From: Candidatus Marinamargulisbacteria bacterium
GTDB taxonomy: Bacteria > Margulisbacteria > Marinamargulisbacteria > UBA817
Direction: 5' to 3'
Assembly (NCBI GenBank): GCA_023262965.1
Contig: JALQXX010000001.1
Span: forward strand, 22,581 to 86,580
DNA: 64,000 nucleotides
Of this stretch, positions 9,426 through 22,612 are shown one piece after another. Numbering within the stretch: the stretch's first letter is position 1; the number at the start of each line of letters is the position of its first letter. The notes under the pieces were generated by a model. The model saw nothing but the letters and a program-made list of their open reading frames with translations. It was not told the DNA's origin and made no database searches. A program made the translations under genes and the position numbers.

Positions 9426-12400
9426 TTGTCTAAACATAAAAAATATCGAGAGCGTGTTCTTCTTCATGATGATGCACCACAAGAAAAATTAGCTGTACCA
9501 AACTTGCTTGATTTGCAAGTTGCGTCATTTCAGCGATTTTTAAAAGAGGGTATACAGGAAGAGTTGCAAAAAATATCGCCTGTCGTGGGATATGGGGGCA
9601 AATATCAGTTAGAGTTTTTAGAAGGTATTACATTGGGTGAGCCAGAGCTGTCATATGAAGATATGCGCAAACGTGAATTGACGTATGCATCATCGCTTCG
9701 TGTTCCAGTTCGATTGATTACGGTTGAGACCGGTGAAATACAAGAACAAACGGTTTTCTTAAGTGATATTCCATTAATGACAAATAGTGGTACATTTTTA
9801 GTTAACGGAACAGAGCGGGTGATTGTTAGTCAATTTATACGATCACCAGGTATATATTTTCGGGAAAAAACACCTGGCATTCCTGGCTTTCAAGACTATA
9901 CGGCAGCTATTATTCCTGCAAAAGGAGCTTGGCTTGAAATTGAAGTTGACAGCAAACAGTTTTTTTATGCTCATTTAAATAAAGCAAAGAAAATTCCATT
10001 AACGCTTCTCTTGTCCGCGTTGGGTTTTTCAGAAGATGAATTTATCAATCGTATCGGGCACCGCGATTTATTTGAGACAACATTCACAAAATTTCCTTTT
10101 ACAAGTGAAGAAGAGGCTTTAATTGACTTGCACAAAGGTCTTCGTTCTGGAGACCCAGTAACGTTGCAAGGGGCAAAAGCGTTGTTAGACACGTTATTTT
10201 TTAATGAAGACAAATATGATTTGTCCGATGTTGGGCGGCATAAATTGAATCAACGGTTCAGTTATGATCCACCGGTCACAACCAATGCGTTAACAAGGGA
10301 TGATATTATTAATTCTATCCGTTACTTGGTTGATTTAACTCAGAATCGTGGGTTGACTGACGATATTGATCATTTGGGAAATCGGCGTGTTCGAACGGTT
10401 GGAGAACAATTGCAGAGGCAATTTCGAATTGGATTGATTCGGTTAGAACGACTTATTAAAGAACAAATGGCTTTAAAGGCCACTGAATCCGTAACGCCAC
10501 AAAGTCTGATCAACATCCGTCCCTTGGTGGCAGTGATGCGAGAGTTTTTTGGTAGTTCGCAGCTATCACAGTTCTTAGATCAGACGAATCCCTTGGCGGA
10601 GGTTATTCATAAGCGCCGACTCAGTGCATTGGGGCCGGGAGGGTTAACGAAAGAACGCGCGGGTTATGAGGTTCGGGATATTCACCCCACTCACTATGGA
10701 CGAATTTGTCCCATTGAAACCCCAGAGGGGCCGAATGCAGGTCTTATTGGTCCCATGGCGACATTTGCCCGTGTCAATAAATATGGATTTGTTGAAACAC
10801 CTTATTACAAGGTGGTTAAAGGTAAAATAACGGATCATGTTGATTACTTGTCAGCAGATATTGAAGAAAATTTTTACATCGCTCCCTGGGACTCTCCCGT
10901 TAAAAATGGGGTCATTCAAGGCACCCAAATTGTTACACGATACCAACGAGATTTCCATTTTACACCCATTGAGAATATTCAATATATTGGGGTCTCGCCT
11001 CGTCAGCTTTTGGGGGTTGCTTGTGGATTAATCCCTTTTTTGGAACATGATGATGCCAATAGAGCCTTGATGGGTGCGAACATGCAACGTCAAGCAGTGC
11101 CTATATTACACGCAGAGGCACCCTACATTGGAACGGGGTTGGAATCGATTGTAGCTCGTGACACGGAAGTATTGATTGTTGCGGATGAGGATGGGGTCGT
11201 TGCTCATTCCGATTCAACATCAGTTACGGTGGAATCGAGTAATGGTCAACGTGTATATGAGTTACAAAAGTATCAGCGTACCAATCAGAATACGTGTCGG
11301 AATCAGAAACCTGTTGTTGAAAAAGGGCAGTCAATAAAAAAGGGGGATCTGATTGCGGATGGGTCATCCACGTCTAGAGGGGAGTTATCGTTAGGTCGCA
11401 ATATTTTGGTTGGGTTTATGCCATGGGAAGGGTATAACTTTGAGGATGCTATTGTTATTTCGCAACGACTGGTTAAAGAAGATGTTTTTACGTCTGTACA
11501 TATTCATCGATATGAAGTGGATGTGCGAACAACCAAGCTTGGTCCAGAAGAACTGACTCCTGAAATTCCGAATGTGTCAGAAGATGCTTTGGCAAATTTA
11601 GACGAAAATGGAATTATTCGTGTGGGTGCTATGGTTAGCGCTGGCGATATTTTGGTGGGTAAGGTTACGCCTAAAGGAGAGAGTGAGCCGCCAGCAGAAG
11701 AAAAGTTGCTGAGAGCTATTTTTGGTGATAAAGCTCGCGACATGAAGGACACATCTTTAAGATTATCATCGGGAGAATCGGGCAAAGTCATTGGTGTTCG
11801 GGTTTTTTCTAGAGATAATGGCGATGATTTGTCACCGGGTGTTAATACATTGGTGCGTGTTTATATTGCTCAACTTAGGCGCGTATCTATTGGCGATAAG
11901 ATGGCCGGTAGACATGGAAACAAAGGTGTTGTTTCGACGATATTGCCAGAAGAAGATATGCCATTTTTACCAAATGGTCAGCCATTGGATATTATATTGA
12001 ATCCATTGGGGGTCCCATCGCGTATGAATGTTGGACAGTTGTTTGAAACATTATTGGGAATGGCTTCTCATGCTTTGGGAGAAAATTACATGGCCCAATC
12101 GTTTGATGAAGTTGTTGCTCCCAATGCATCGGTAGATAAGTTAGAGGAACGTTTGACAGCTGCATCTAAAATTCCTGGGTATGAATGGATTAAACCAACA
12201 GGAACAGTGTCTCTTCGAGATGGTCGGACGGGGGAACCTTTTGAACGAGATGTTACCGTTGGATACATGTATGTTTTAAAATTGATTCACTTGGTGGACG
12301 ATAAAATTCATGCTCGATCAACAGGTCCTTACTCGCTAGTAACTCAGCAACCATTGGGAGGAAAAGCGCAATATGGTGGACAACGATTTGGGGAGATGGA

Positions 12401-12632
12401 GGTATGGGCTTTAGAAGCATATGGTGCAGCCAATACATTGCAAGAAATGTTAACGGTTAAATCAGACGATTTGACAGGCCGTGCGCGTGCTTACGAATCG
12501 ATTATTAAGGGGAAAACCCTATCTAAGCCTGGCACACCGGAATCGTTCCGGGTTCTTTTACGAGAATTGCGGTCCATTGCATTGGATATTCGTGTTATGA
12601 CTGTCGATAATGAAGAAATTGATAACCGTTAA
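9426..12632 (+). CDS. rpoB: DNA-directed RNA polymerase subunit beta (short form, 1068 aa, TTG start after GAGGTGA)
   Basis: Full-length RpoB homology including GPNAGLIG and NMQRQAVP regions. Confidence 0.95.
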   Translation: MSKHKKYRERVLLHDDAPQEKLAVPNLLDLQVASFQRFLKEGIQEELQKISPVVGYGGKYQLEFLEGITLGEPELSYEDMRKRELTYASSLRVPVRLITVETGEIQEQTVFLSDIPLMTNSGTFLVNGTERVIVSQFIRSPGIYFREKTPGIPGFQDYTAAIIPAKGAWLEIEVDSKQFFYAHLNKAKKIPLTLLLSALGFSEDEFINRIGHRDLFETTFTKFPFTSEEEALIDLHKGLRSGDPVTLQGAKALLDTLFFNEDKYDLSDVGRHKLNQRFSYDPPVTTNALTRDDIINSIRYLVDLTQNRGLTDDIDHLGNRRVRTVGEQLQRQFRIGLIRLERLIKEQMALKATESVTPQSLINIRPLVAVMREFFGSSQLSQFLDQTNPLAEVIHKRRLSALGPGGLTKERAGYEVRDIHPTHYGRICPIETPEGPNAGLIGPMATFARVNKYGFVETPYYKVVKGKITDHVDYLSADIEENFYIAPWDSPVKNGVIQGTQIVTRYQRDFHFTPIENIQYIGVSPRQLLGVACGLIPFLEHDDANRALMGANMQRQAVPILHAEAPYIGTGLESIVARDTEVLIVADEDGVVAHSDSTSVTVESSNGQRVYELQKYQRTNQNTCRNQKPVVEKGQSIKKGDLIADGSSTSRGELSLGRNILVGFMPWEGYNFEDAIVISQRLVKEDVFTSVHIHRYEVDVRTTKLGPEELTPEIPNVSEDALANLDENGIIRVGAMVSAGDILVGKVTPKGESEPPAEEKLLRAIFGDKARDMKDTSLRLSSGESGKVIGVRVFSRDNGDDLSPGVNTLVRVYIAQLRRVSIGDKMAGRHGNKGVVSTILPEEDMPFLPNGQPLDIILNPLGVPSRMNVGQLFETLLGMASHALGENYMAQSFDEVVAPNASVDKLEERLTAASKIPGYEWIKPTGTVSLRDGRTGEPFERDVTVGYMYVLKLIHLVDDKIHARSTGPYSLVTQQPLGGKAQYGGQRFGEMEVWALEAYGAANTLQEMLTVKSDDLTGRARAYESIIKGKTLSKPGTPESFRVLLRELRSIALDIRVMTVDNEEIDNR

Positions 12633-12644
12633 GGAGGTATATTA

Positions 12645-15600
12645 ATGTTAGTTACGGATTCCACTGATTTTGATTATTTGCAAATTGGTTTAGCTTCTCC
12701 AGATAAAATTCGGTATTGGTCTTATGGTGAGGTTGAGAAGCCTGAAACCATTAATTATAGAACCTTTAAACCGGAAAGAAAGGGATTGTTTTGTGAGAAG
12801 ATCTTTGGTCCAGTCAAAGATTGGGAATGCTCTTGTGGAAAATATCGTCGTATTCGGTATCGCGGTATTGTGTGTGAGCGATGTGGTGTCCAGGTAACGC
12901 ATTCCAAGGTTCGTCGTGAACGAATGGGGCATATTGATTTAGCATGTCCTGTGTCACATATTTGGTTTTTAAAAGGTATTCCTGGATACATGAGTATAAT
13001 ACTGGATATTACAACCCGACAATTAGAAGAAGTTGTTTATTACGATGCTTACATCATTACCCAGGTAGATCCATCTATTGAAGATGTTGTACCTTATAAA
13101 AAAATCATTTCTACAGAAATGTATTATGAATTAAAAGAGCAATATGGTGATTCCTTTAAAGCGCAGATGGGTGCGGAAGCATTAAAAGTTATTTTGAAAA
13201 GCATGAATATTGTGGATACAATACAATCTCTAAGAGACTTGTTTCCCACGTTAACCGGACAAAAGAAAGCTAAAACAGCGAAGCGTTTGAGCATTTTGGA
13301 ATCATTACATGCATCGGGAAATCAATTGGAATGGTTGATTATGGATGCGATTCCCGTTATGCCACCGGATTTGCGACCCATGGTGCAATTGGAAGGGGGC
13401 CGTTTTGCAACCTCTGATTTAAATGATTTGTACAGACGTGTTGTTAATCGTAATAATCGATTAAAGCGATTATTGGATATTGGGGCACCGGATATGATTG
13501 TTAGAAATGAGAAACGGATGCTTCAAGAAGCTGTTGATGCGTTAATATCAAATGGCAAACGTGGTCGTGCGGTAACGGGATCCAATGGGCGTCCTTTAAA
13601 ATCATTGGGAAACATCATTGAAGGGAAGCAAGGTCGATTCCGACAAAACCTGCTGGGAAAACGTGTTGATTATTCCGGTCGTTCCGTTATTGTTGTTGGG
13701 CCTAAGCTTAAATTTCATCAATGCGGCTTGCCTAAAGAAATGGCTCTGGAGTTATTCAAGCCATTTATTATCAATGAATTGGTGAATCAAGGATTGGTAA
13801 CCAATGTTAAAGCGGCTAAGCGTAAAATCGAAGATCGCGAATCGTTTATTTGGGATGTGTTGGAGAAGGTAATTAAAGGACAGTCGGTTTTATTAAATCG
13901 TGCACCTACCTTGCATCGATTGGGAATTCAAGCATTTGAGCCTAAATTGGTTGAAGGAGCCGCTATTCAAGTACACCCGTTAGTATGTACAGCGTTTAAT
14001 GCGGATTTTGATGGTGACCAAATGGCGGTTCATGTACCATTATCTATTGAAGCTCAAGCAGAGTGTCGATTGTTAATTCTATCTGTCAATAATATTTTAT
14101 CACCTTCAAATGGAAAATCGATTGTCACTCCAACACAAGATATGATTCTGGGCTGTTATTTCTTAACAGTGGAAAATTCTAAATTTAAAGATACTCCGCC
14201 TAAATATTTTAAATCCATGGATGATGCTTGGAAAGCGTGGGAGCTGCGCGCTATTACGATTCATAGTCCGATTGTTATTCGATTTAACAATGAACGTATT
14301 ACGACAACAATGGGTCGGGTTATATTTAATCGAACAGTGAGGGATGTTTTCCTTGGTTATGATATTGTTGATGAGCCTTTTATTAATTCCGTATTGGGTA
14401 AAAAGGCATTGGGCGATTTAATTTATGATTGGTATATTGCTTATGGAAATAATATTGTTACGGCACTTGCGGATAACTTAAAAGACTTGGGTTTTAAATA
14501 CGCTACATTATCAGGCATTTCAATTTCAATTGATGATTTACGTGTCCCCACAGTTAAAAAAGCCATATTGGATGAAGCGGATAAAAGTGTCGCGCAGCTT
14601 AATCAACGATTGTTGGACAATAAAATTACCGCAGAAGAATTTAAGTTGCGTAGTAATGAGATTTGGCGACGGGCATCTGGTGACATTTCCGATAAAATGG
14701 AGGATGAGTTTGGTCAGTTAAATAATGTATTTATAATGGCAAATTCAGGTGCACGTGGAAACATTGACCAGGTTAGACAGTTAGCGGGTATGCGAGGATT
14801 GATGTCCGATGCTCAGGGAAGAACTATTAAAGTCCCTATTAAATCCAATTTTAAAGAAGGTTTATCGTTAGCTGAATATTTTATTTCGTGTTATGGTGCT
14901 CGAAAAGGATTGGTTGATACGGCGTTGCGTACAGCCGACTCGGGGTATTTGACACGTCGATTGGTTGATGTTGCTCAAGATGTTATTATTACAGAGGAAG
15001 ATTGTGGGACAACAATGTCGGTCACTATTCATCCTTTAATAGACAATACCAAAGTACTTATTCCAGTCCATGAGTTGGTAGAAGGTCGTATTGCTGCAGA
15101 GCCTTTCATGTATGAAAATGTGTCTATTGAAGCCGGTAATATTATTACAAAAACAGTTGCTATGGCTATGAAAAAAGCCAAAATCAATGCCTTTAAAATA
15201 CGCAATACATTCACATGTCAGACACGAAGAGGTGTTTGCCGTAAATGTTATGGGCTTGATTTGGGCACTGCTAAATTGGTGAATTTGGGTGAGGCTATTG
15301 GTATTGTGGCGGCACAATCGATTGGAGAGCCGGGAACTCAGTTAACCATGAGAACATTTCACACGGGTGGAGTTGACTTACGTAAAGCTTCTGCGAATAC
15401 AATCACAGCGCCTTGTGCAGGCACGGTGATATTTCCGGCTTCTTTTCAACCGGCATTATTGGATAATGGTGTATCAAAAGATATTCTGGTTATTGAAGAC
15501 ACCACGTTTTCTATTGAATCGGGTAAAGGCAGTGAATCTTTTATTTTGCCAAAAGGTAGTGTTCTTCAGGTTAAGACATCTCAAAAAGTTAAAAAGGGAG

Positions 15601-16790
15601 ATATTGTTGCCCTCTATGATTCATCATCTCAATATTCGGTATCAAATTTGGATGGATTTGTACGTTTATTTGATGAGGGATCTGATGATTACGAGATTGC
15701 TTTGTTTGATCCGGATAAAACACTGACTATTGATGTATCTACAGATAAGCTTGTCGGATACAAACAGTACGATAAAATTGGAATTACAACCGATTTGGGT
15801 ACAAATGTTCAGCTTCCGACACCAGGATTGTTTATATCTGTTCAAGAGAAAAGCCGATCCAAGTCTATATTAACGTATACCCCTGCCAATATATTTACAA
15901 CGAGTAAGCGTTCCGACTTGTTTGTTGCAGATGGCGATAAAATATCTTTAAACGATGTATTGTTTCGAGAGTATGTTAGCGATTTGGAGGCATCTAAAAC
16001 AAAAGATATTGTTCAAGGATTACCACGTGTTGAAGAATTATTTGAGGCTCGAAAACCCAAGAATTCGGCTATATTAAGTGAATTCGACGGTATTGTGGAA
16101 TTCAATCGTCGAGAAAACTATTATGCATTGGCGATATTGTCAGAATTGGGGGAAAAACGAGAGTATAAATTACCTTCAAAAACACGGTTTTTGGTTTTTT
16201 CAGGTCAGTCGGTTGTCAAAGGCCAGCAGATTACAGATGGAGTTATTTCTCCGCAAGATCTATTGTTGACCAAAGGTGTTGTTGAAACACAACTTTACTT
16301 AATTAATGAAATTCAAAGCGTGTATTTTTCTCAAGGTGTTTTTATTAATTTGAAGCACCTAGAAGTTATTGTGCGACAAATGACTCGTAAAGTTATCATT
16401 AATGATGGCGGGGAATCAACATTGTTACCTAACGAATTAATTGATAATAAAATTGTTGAAGATATGAACAATGAATTTCAAAAAAATAATAAGCCCTTGA
16501 TAACGTACGGCAACGTATTGTTAGGTATTACACGAGCATCGTTGAATACAGAAAGTTTTATATCGGCTTCCTCGTTTCAAGAGACGGCTCGGGTGTTAAC
16601 GGAAGCCGCTATCCGAGGTAAAAAAGATACCATGTACGGACTCAAAGAGAACGTTATTATTGGTAAATTAATTCCTGCGGGTACCGGACTGAACCAGTAT
16701 GAACATGTTGTTTTACGAACAGAGGCAGGAGTAGATGCAAGTTTGACGGAAGAAAGCAAGGTGTTTTCTCATGATGAATTTGACATTTAG
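12645..16790 (+). CDS. rpoC: DNA-directed RNA polymerase subunit beta-prime (unsplit)
   Basis: Zn-finger CxxC...CxxC, NADFDGD catalytic motif; 1381 aa. Confidence 0.95.
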   Translation: MLVTDSTDFDYLQIGLASPDKIRYWSYGEVEKPETINYRTFKPERKGLFCEKIFGPVKDWECSCGKYRRIRYRGIVCERCGVQVTHSKVRRERMGHIDLACPVSHIWFLKGIPGYMSIILDITTRQLEEVVYYDAYIITQVDPSIEDVVPYKKIISTEMYYELKEQYGDSFKAQMGAEALKVILKSMNIVDTIQSLRDLFPTLTGQKKAKTAKRLSILESLHASGNQLEWLIMDAIPVMPPDLRPMVQLEGGRFATSDLNDLYRRVVNRNNRLKRLLDIGAPDMIVRNEKRMLQEAVDALISNGKRGRAVTGSNGRPLKSLGNIIEGKQGRFRQNLLGKRVDYSGRSVIVVGPKLKFHQCGLPKEMALELFKPFIINELVNQGLVTNVKAAKRKIEDRESFIWDVLEKVIKGQSVLLNRAPTLHRLGIQAFEPKLVEGAAIQVHPLVCTAFNADFDGDQMAVHVPLSIEAQAECRLLILSVNNILSPSNGKSIVTPTQDMILGCYFLTVENSKFKDTPPKYFKSMDDAWKAWELRAITIHSPIVIRFNNERITTTMGRVIFNRTVRDVFLGYDIVDEPFINSVLGKKALGDLIYDWYIAYGNNIVTALADNLKDLGFKYATLSGISISIDDLRVPTVKKAILDEADKSVAQLNQRLLDNKITAEEFKLRSNEIWRRASGDISDKMEDEFGQLNNVFIMANSGARGNIDQVRQLAGMRGLMSDAQGRTIKVPIKSNFKEGLSLAEYFISCYGARKGLVDTALRTADSGYLTRRLVDVAQDVIITEEDCGTTMSVTIHPLIDNTKVLIPVHELVEGRIAAEPFMYENVSIEAGNIITKTVAMAMKKAKINAFKIRNTFTCQTRRGVCRKCYGLDLGTAKLVNLGEAIGIVAAQSIGEPGTQLTMRTFHTGGVDLRKASANTITAPCAGTVIFPASFQPALLDNGVSKDILVIEDTTFSIESGKGSESFILPKGSVLQVKTSQKVKKGDIVALYDSSSQYSVSNLDGFVRLFDEGSDDYEIALFDPDKTLTIDVSTDKLVGYKQYDKIGITTDLGTNVQLPTPGLFISVQEKSRSKSILTYTPANIFTTSKRSDLFVADGDKISLNDVLFREYVSDLEASKTKDIVQGLPRVEELFEARKPKNSAILSEFDGIVEFNRRENYYALAILSELGEKREYKLPSKTRFLVFSGQSVVKGQQITDGVISPQDLLLTKGVVETQLYLINEIQSVYFSQGVFINLKHLEVIVRQMTRKVIINDGGESTLLPNELIDNKIVEDMNNEFQKNNKPLITYGNVLLGITRASLNTESFISASSFQETARVLTEAAIRGKKDTMYGLKENVIIGKLIPAGTGLNQYEHVVLRTEAGVDASLTEESKVFSHDEFDI

Positions 16791-16795
16791 TGGTA

Positions 16796-16824
16796 TTGAC
16801 ATTTGATATGGCAAAAATTACACT
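16796..16824 (+). promoter_or_regulatory. candidate sigma-70 promoter for the rpsL-rpsG-fusA-tuf operon
   Basis: Perfect TTGACA, 17-nt spacer, TACACT, about 30 nt upstream of the rpsL RBS (AAGGAG). Confidence 0.4.
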
Positions 16825-16855
16825 TGGATCTTATGGGTTATATTAAGGAGTATAC

Positions 16856-17230
16856 ATGGCAACTACAAATCAATTAGTAAAAAAGAAACGCACTAAAAAA
16901 TTAGTGAAAGGAAAGTCTCCAGCTTTAAAAGCGTGTCCACAACGTCGCGGTGTTTGTACACGTGTTTACACAACAACCCCCAAAAAGCCAAATTCGGCTT
17001 TGCGTAAAGTTGCGCGTGTTCGTTTAACATCGGGCGAAGAAGTAACGGTCTATATTGGTGGCGAGGGGCATAACGTTCAAGAGCACGCTGTTATATTGGC
17101 GCGCGGTGGTCGAGTGAAGGATGTGCCAGGGGTTCGTTATCACACTGTTCGAGGTGCGTTGGATACAGATGGCGTAAAAAATCGACGTCGAGGTCGATCT
17201 AAATATGGCGCGAAGCGTCCGAAAGGGTAG
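16856..17230 (+). CDS. rpsL: 30S ribosomal protein S12
   Basis: [19 protein letters not shown] signature. Confidence 0.96.
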   Translation: MATTNQLVKKKRTKKLVKGKSPALKACPQRRGVCTRVYTTTPKKPNSALRKVARVRLTSGEEVTVYIGGEGHNVQEHAVILARGGRVKDVPGVRYHTVRGALDTDGVKNRRRGRSKYGAKRPKG

Positions 17231-17707
17231 GTGAATCGTTTGTCAACAAAGCGAAGTACAAAGCGATATTTGAAATTAGACTATAAGTATAATAGCGAAA
17301 TGGTTTCAAAGTTTATTAATAAAATTATGCGTGATGGGAAAAAATCAATAGCTGAGGGCATTGTTTATATTAGTTTAGATATTTTGGCAAAAAATGTGTC
17401 GGAAGATCCATTAAAAGCATTTGAAACGGCTATTGATAATATTGCGCCTCAAATGGAAGTTCGGTCCCGCCGCGTTGGTGGATCAACGTATCAGGTTCCA
17501 GTCGAAGTTACGCGTGATCGTGGTGTTGGTCATGCAATGAATTGGATTATTTCATTTTCACGTTCGCGAAAGGGCCGAAAAATGGCTGAGAATTTAGCCC
17601 AAGAATTAACCGATGCATTTAACAATGTTGGTGCTTCTGCTAAAAAACGTGATGATACGCACAAAATGGCCGAGTCCAATAAAGCGTTCGCGCATTTCAG
17701 GTGGTAA
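17231..17707 (+). CDS. rpsG: 30S ribosomal protein S7 (GTG start)
   Basis: S7 family. Confidence 0.93.
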   Translation: MNRLSTKRSTKRYLKLDYKYNSEMVSKFINKIMRDGKKSIAEGIVYISLDILAKNVSEDPLKAFETAIDNIAPQMEVRSRRVGGSTYQVPVEVTRDRGVGHAMNWIISFSRSRKGRKMAENLAQELTDAFNNVGASAKKRDDTHKMAESNKAFAHFRW

Positions 17708-17713
17708 AAAAAA

Positions 17714-19795
17714 ATGGCAAATAATTTAAATAAATTACGAAATATTGGTATTGCTGCTCATATTGATGCTGGTAAAACGACGTTAACTGAGCGGATATTA
17801 TTTTATACTGGCCGATCTCATAAAATTGGAGAGGTTCATGATGGTAATGCCACCATGGATTGGATGATTCAAGAACAAGAGCGTGGTATTACTATTACGT
17901 CTGCAGCAACAACATGCTTTTGGAAAGATAATGTTATTAATATTATTGACACCCCTGGTCACGTGGATTTTACTGTAGAGGTAGAGCGATCGTTGCGTGT
18001 TTTGGATGGAATGATTGCGGTTTTTTGTGCAGTTGCGGGGGTTCAGCCTCAGTCGGAAACGGTATGGCGTCAAGCTGTTAAATATAAGGTTCCACGTTTG
18101 GCTTTTGTCAATAAGATGGATCGAACAGGTGCCAACTTTGATCGTGTTGTTGCAATGATTCGAGACAACTTATCGTCAAATCCTGTTGTTGTTGATTATC
18201 CAATAGGAGCCGAATCGGATTTTGTGGGTTATGTAGACCTTATCAAAAACAAAGCGTTCTATTTTGATGGTGATAAAGGTGAAATTATAAACGAAGGTGA
18301 TATTCCAAATGATATGTTGGATCGCGTTGAAACATTACGATCTATATTGATTGAATGTGTTGCTGAGGCGGATGAAAATTTACTGACGACATATTTAGAA
18401 AACGGCACACTCGACGCAGAGGATATTATTAAGGGCTTACGTATTCGTGTATTAGCCGGAGAAGTTATTCCTGTTTTTTGTGGGTCCGCCTTTAAAAATA
18501 AAGGGGTTCAATCGTTGTTGGACGCTGTTGTTGACTTTTTACCATCACCGATTGATGTTGGGACAATTAAAGCTACGTTTAAAGATTCTAGTGATGTCAT
18601 TGCTTTAAAGCCGGATAGTAAAGAAACCTTTTCAGCGTTGGCATTCAAAATCATGACGGATCCCTTTGTGGGTAAGTTAACATATCTTAGAGTTTATTCG
18701 GGGCAGCTGGATGCGGGATCGTATGTTTATAACACCGTTTCCGATACAAAAGAGCGTGTTGGTCGAATTATGCAAATGCACGCTAATACACGTGAGGAAT
18801 TAAAAGTTGCTAAAGCAGGCGATATTGTTGCGGTAATCGGTTTGAAAAATACCCGAACCGGGGATACGTTAGCTGCAGAAAATCAAACGTTTATGCTTGA
18901 GAATATTGAGTTCCCAGAGCCAGTTATTTTTGTTGCTATTGAACCAAAAACAAAGTCGGATCAAGAGAAGCTTTCGAAGTCTCTCGAAAAGTTATCGGAT
19001 GAAGATCCAACGTTTTCCTATTCAACGGATCAAGAAACAGGGCAAACCATTATTTCGGGAATGGGTGAATTGCATTTAGAGGTTATTGTGGATCGATTAT
19101 TACGAGAATTTGGTGTTGATGCCAATATTGGTCAGCCTCAAGTTGCGTACAAGGAATCGATTTCAAAAGCAGCTGAAGGAGAAGGTAAGTTCATCAAACA
19201 AACCGGTGGCCGAGGTCAGTATGGACACGTTATATTGGATGTTGTGCCTCTCGAGCGTGGTCAAGGATTTGTATTTGAAAATAAAGTTGTTGGTGGTTCA
19301 ATTCCAAGAGAGTACATTCCATCCGTTGAAAAAGGTGTGAAAAATCTATTTGTTTCCGGTGTTGTAGCGGGTTACCCTGTTGTGGATGTTAAAGTCGTTG
19401 TAAAAGATGGCTCGTTTCACAATGTGGATTCATCCGATATCGCTTTCCAAATAGCGGCTTCATACGCTGTCAAAGAGGCATTTAAGTCTGCCAACCCACT
19501 TATTTTACAACCAATCATGGATGTTCAAGTGGAAGTGCCTGAAAATTATATGGGGGATGTTATTGGTGACTTAAATTCTCGCAAAGGGAAAATTGAAAAA
19601 ATGTCTGACAATAATCAAGGCAACAAAGAAATTGAGGCCAAGGTTCCTTTGGGAGATATGTTTGGTTATGCTACAGCGCTGCGATCATTTACCCAAGGTC
19701 GAGGTATTTACACAATGCAATTTTTTGGTTATAGTGAAGTTTCTAAACAGCTATACAAAGAATTGACTGAGAAATCATCAAAAGAAAAGGAGTAA
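17714..19795 (+). CDS. fusA: elongation factor G
   Basis: [23 protein letters not shown]-boxes; 693 aa. Confidence 0.96.
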   Translation: MANNLNKLRNIGIAAHIDAGKTTLTERILFYTGRSHKIGEVHDGNATMDWMIQEQERGITITSAATTCFWKDNVINIIDTPGHVDFTVEVERSLRVLDGMIAVFCAVAGVQPQSETVWRQAVKYKVPRLAFVNKMDRTGANFDRVVAMIRDNLSSNPVVVDYPIGAESDFVGYVDLIKNKAFYFDGDKGEIINEGDIPNDMLDRVETLRSILIECVAEADENLLTTYLENGTLDAEDIIKGLRIRVLAGEVIPVFCGSAFKNKGVQSLLDAVVDFLPSPIDVGTIKATFKDSSDVIALKPDSKETFSALAFKIMTDPFVGKLTYLRVYSGQLDAGSYVYNTVSDTKERVGRIMQMHANTREELKVAKAGDIVAVIGLKNTRTGDTLAAENQTFMLENIEFPEPVIFVAIEPKTKSDQEKLSKSLEKLSDEDPTFSYSTDQETGQTIISGMGELHLEVIVDRLLREFGVDANIGQPQVAYKESISKAAEGEGKFIKQTGGRGQYGHVILDVVPLERGQGFVFENKVVGGSIPREYIPSVEKGVKNLFVSGVVAGYPVVDVKVVVKDGSFHNVDSSDIAFQIAASYAVKEAFKSANPLILQPIMDVQVEVPENYMGDVIGDLNSRKGKIEKMSDNNQGNKEIEAKVPLGDMFGYATALRSFTQGRGIYTMQFFGYSEVSKQLYKELTEKSSKEKE

Positions 19796-19799
19796 TAAA

Positions 19800-21002
19800 A
19801 TGGCAAAAGAAAAATTCGAACGGAATAAACCACACGTAAATATTGGTACAATTGGTCACGTTGACCACGGCAAAACAACATTAACTGCCGCCATCACCAG
19901 TGTTTTGTCTTCAGTTGGACACGCTCAAAAGCGGGATTATAATCAAATCGACTCTGCTCCTGAGGAGCGTGAAAGAGGTATTACCATTGCTACAGCTCAC
20001 GTTGAGTATGAAACAGATAATCGTCATTATGCTCACGTAGATTGCCCTGGTCACGCGGATTATATTAAAAATATGATTACTGGTGCGGCTCAAATGGATG
20101 GCGCTATTTTGGTTGTTAGTGCAGCGGATGGACCAATGCCTCAAACTCGGGAACATATTTTATTGGCGCGTCAGGTAAACGTCCCTAATATTGTCGTGTT
20201 TTTGAATAAGTGCGATCAAGTAGATGACGAAGAATTGTTGGATTTGGTTGAAATGGAAATGCGTGAACTATTAAGTAAATATGAATTTCCTGGTGATGAT
20301 ATTCCGTTTGTCAGAGGGTCGGCATTAAAGGCATTGGAATCGCCAGATTCGTCTCGAGAAAATCCAGATGCAAAACCAATATGGGATTTGATGGATGCGG
20401 TTGACTCATATATTCCTCAGCCTGTTCGTGATACGGAAAAACCTTTTTTGATGCCCGTTGAAGACGTTTTTAGTATAACAGGTCGTGGAACAGTAAGTAC
20501 CGGTCGTGTTGAACGAGGCATTGTTAATGTTGGTGATGAAGTTGAAATCGTTGGAATGTCGGATTCAGTTAGAAAAACCACAGTTACTGGAGTAGAAATG
20601 TTTCGTAAGTTGTTGGATTCTGGTCAGGCAGGTGACAACATCGGTGCTCTTTTGCGTGGTGTTGAGAGAGATGATATCTTAAGGGGTCAGGTTTTATGTG
20701 CTCCTGGTTCAATTACTCCTCACAAAAAGTTTGAGGCGGAGGTTTATGTCCTTAAAAAAGAAGAAGGTGGCCGTCACACGCCATTTTTTAAAGGATACCG
20801 TCCTCAATTTTATATTCGTACAACCGATGTAACCGGTGAAGTTATTTTGCCTGAAGGAACAGATATGGTTATGCCTGGAGATAACACCCGATTGACAATT
20901 AATTTGATTACTTCTGTTGCTTGTGAAGAAGGGTTGCGTTTTGCTGTTCGAGAAGGTGGCCGAACCGTTGGGGCCGGGGTTGTTACTAAAATTATTGAGT
21001 AA
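19800..21002 (+). CDS. tuf: elongation factor Tu
   Basis: [22 protein letters not shown]; 400 aa. Confidence 0.97.
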   Translation: MAKEKFERNKPHVNIGTIGHVDHGKTTLTAAITSVLSSVGHAQKRDYNQIDSAPEERERGITIATAHVEYETDNRHYAHVDCPGHADYIKNMITGAAQMDGAILVVSAADGPMPQTREHILLARQVNVPNIVVFLNKCDQVDDEELLDLVEMEMRELLSKYEFPGDDIPFVRGSALKALESPDSSRENPDAKPIWDLMDAVDSYIPQPVRDTEKPFLMPVEDVFSITGRGTVSTGRVERGIVNVGDEVEIVGMSDSVRKTTVTGVEMFRKLLDSGQAGDNIGALLRGVERDDILRGQVLCAPGSITPHKKFEAEVYVLKKEEGGRHTPFFKGYRPQFYIRTTDVTGEVILPEGTDMVMPGDNTRLTINLITSVACEEGLRFAVREGGRTVGAGVVTKIIE

Positions 21003-21011
21003 GAGATTTCC

Positions 21012-21371
21012 GTGGCAGCATTAGCAAAAAAAAATAAATCAAAATCCGTTTCTGTATCAAAGCCTCAGCATAAAATTCGGATTCGTCTAAAGTCATTTGA
21101 TCATCGTTCTTTAGATGCCGCGACAATTAAAATTGTTAGTACGGCTGAAAAGTCCGGTGCTAAGGTAGTGGGACCAGTCCCACTACCGGTTCGAAAGAAG
21201 GTTTGGTGTGTGTTAAAGTCACCGCATGTTAATAAGCGTGGTGGTGAACACTATGAGATTCGTATTTATAAGCGATTACTCGAAATTATTGATCCCCCTT
21301 CATCGACTATCGATGCATTGATGGGTATTGATTTAGCGTCTGGTGTTGATATTGAAATTGAGCTGGGATAA
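21012..21371 (+). CDS. rpsJ: 30S ribosomal protein S10 (GTG start, short N-terminal extension)
   Basis: [15 protein letters not shown] signature. Confidence 0.9.
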   Translation: MAALAKKNKSKSVSVSKPQHKIRIRLKSFDHRSLDAATIKIVSTAEKSGAKVVGPVPLPVRKKVWCVLKSPHVNKRGGEHYEIRIYKRLLEIIDPPSSTIDALMGIDLASGVDIEIELG

Positions 21372-21374
21372 AAT

Positions 21375-21995
21375 ATGACATTCAAAAAAAAGTTTATAGT
21401 TGGAAAAAAATTAGGAATGACTCAAATTGTTGCTGAGTCTGGTGAGATTATTCCGGTTACCGTTGTTCGTGCATATGATAACTACATATATCGTCATAAA
21501 ACAATTGAAAAGGATGGTTATTCCTCGGTTGTTGTGGCATACGATTCGGTCAATAAAAATCGGATTAATAAACCTCATCTTGGTCAGTTTAGCGGGGATC
21601 TGTACTTTAAGCACTTTAAAGAGTTTAGAGTAGAATCGCCGTTGTCTTTTGAGTTGCAATCTGTTATTGATCCGTCCATATTTGTTTGTAATCGTCGGTA
21701 TGATGTTCAGTCTAAAACAATAGGTCGCGGATTTACGGGTGCTATTAAGGCATGGAATCATCAAAGAGGTCCTATGTCACATGGATCAAAAAATCATCGC
21801 CTTTTGGGATCTATTGGTCAGGCCACAACTCCTGGTCGTGTTAAAAAAGGTAAGAAAATGCATACGCGATATGGAAATGAAACTGTGACAGCAAAAAACT
21901 TAGAGTTAATGAAGATTGATGGTCAGCATCTTTTCTTTAAAGGTGCGATTCCAGGTAAAATGGGCACAGTATTTGTAACAGGAGTTGATGAATGA
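21375..21995 (+). CDS. rplC: 50S ribosomal protein L3
   Basis: L3 family, position. Confidence 0.92.
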   Translation: MTFKKKFIVGKKLGMTQIVAESGEIIPVTVVRAYDNYIYRHKTIEKDGYSSVVVAYDSVNKNRINKPHLGQFSGDLYFKHFKEFRVESPLSFELQSVIDPSIFVCNRRYDVQSKTIGRGFTGAIKAWNHQRGPMSHGSKNHRLLGSIGQATTPGRVKKGKKMHTRYGNETVTAKNLELMKIDGQHLFFKGAIPGKMGTVFVTGVDE

Positions 21996-22612
21996 GTACT
22001 TACACAATTAGTTCAGTATCTACAACCGATACAAAAGGTCAGGCTTTGTCTTTCGATAGTGTATCTGTTTCAGACAATTTGTCTGGCAATGTTCATTTAA
22101 TTTTGACCACTCAAAAAAATGATCGTTTTGTATATGCAAACACGATGAATCGACGTGATTTTGATTCGGGTGGGGCAAAACCATACAAGCAAAAAGGAAC
22201 GGGTAGAGCGCGTCAGGGAACATCTCGGTCTCCTTTGAAAGTTGGTGGAGCGGTTGTCTTTGGACCTAAACCCCGTCGAGTCAAACGAAAATCAAACAAA
22301 ACTTTTTTTCTCTCAACATTAAAACAGCTTTTGCTCTCAAAAGTATCGGAATCTGTTGTTTTAGTGAAAGATGAGGCTATAAAAAAAGCAGCTGATTTTT
22401 CGCCACTTGTTTCCAATAAAAAAAGCTATTTAGTGATTATGGATGTGTTTAACTCGGATGATGTGACATTGTTTTTGACCATTAAGAATTTACCAAATTT
22501 ATATTTCAATAATGTTCATTCATTAAATATTGAGGATGTTCTTCGTGCAGATTCAATTGTTTATACACCTTCTGCGTTTGATGGATTGTTTAAAGATAGA
22601 GGTGATCAATGA
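21992..22612 (+). CDS. rplD: 50S ribosomal protein L4
   Basis: L4 family, position. Confidence 0.9.
   Translation: MSTYTISSVSTTDTKGQALSFDSVSVSDNLSGNVHLILTTQKNDRFVYANTMNRRDFDSGGAKPYKQKGTGRARQGTSRSPLKVGGAVVFGPKPRRVKRKSNKTFFLSTLKQLLLSKVSESVVLVKDEAIKKAADFSPLVSNKKSYLVIMDVFNSDDVTLFLTIKNLPNLYFNNVHSLNIEDVLRADSIVYTPSAFDGLFKDRGDQ

Noticed and set aside
12690-15317. Several 60-95-aa antisense ORFs inside rpoC and rpoB
   Set aside because: They are embedded in strongly conserved coding sequence on the opposite strand and show no independent signals.
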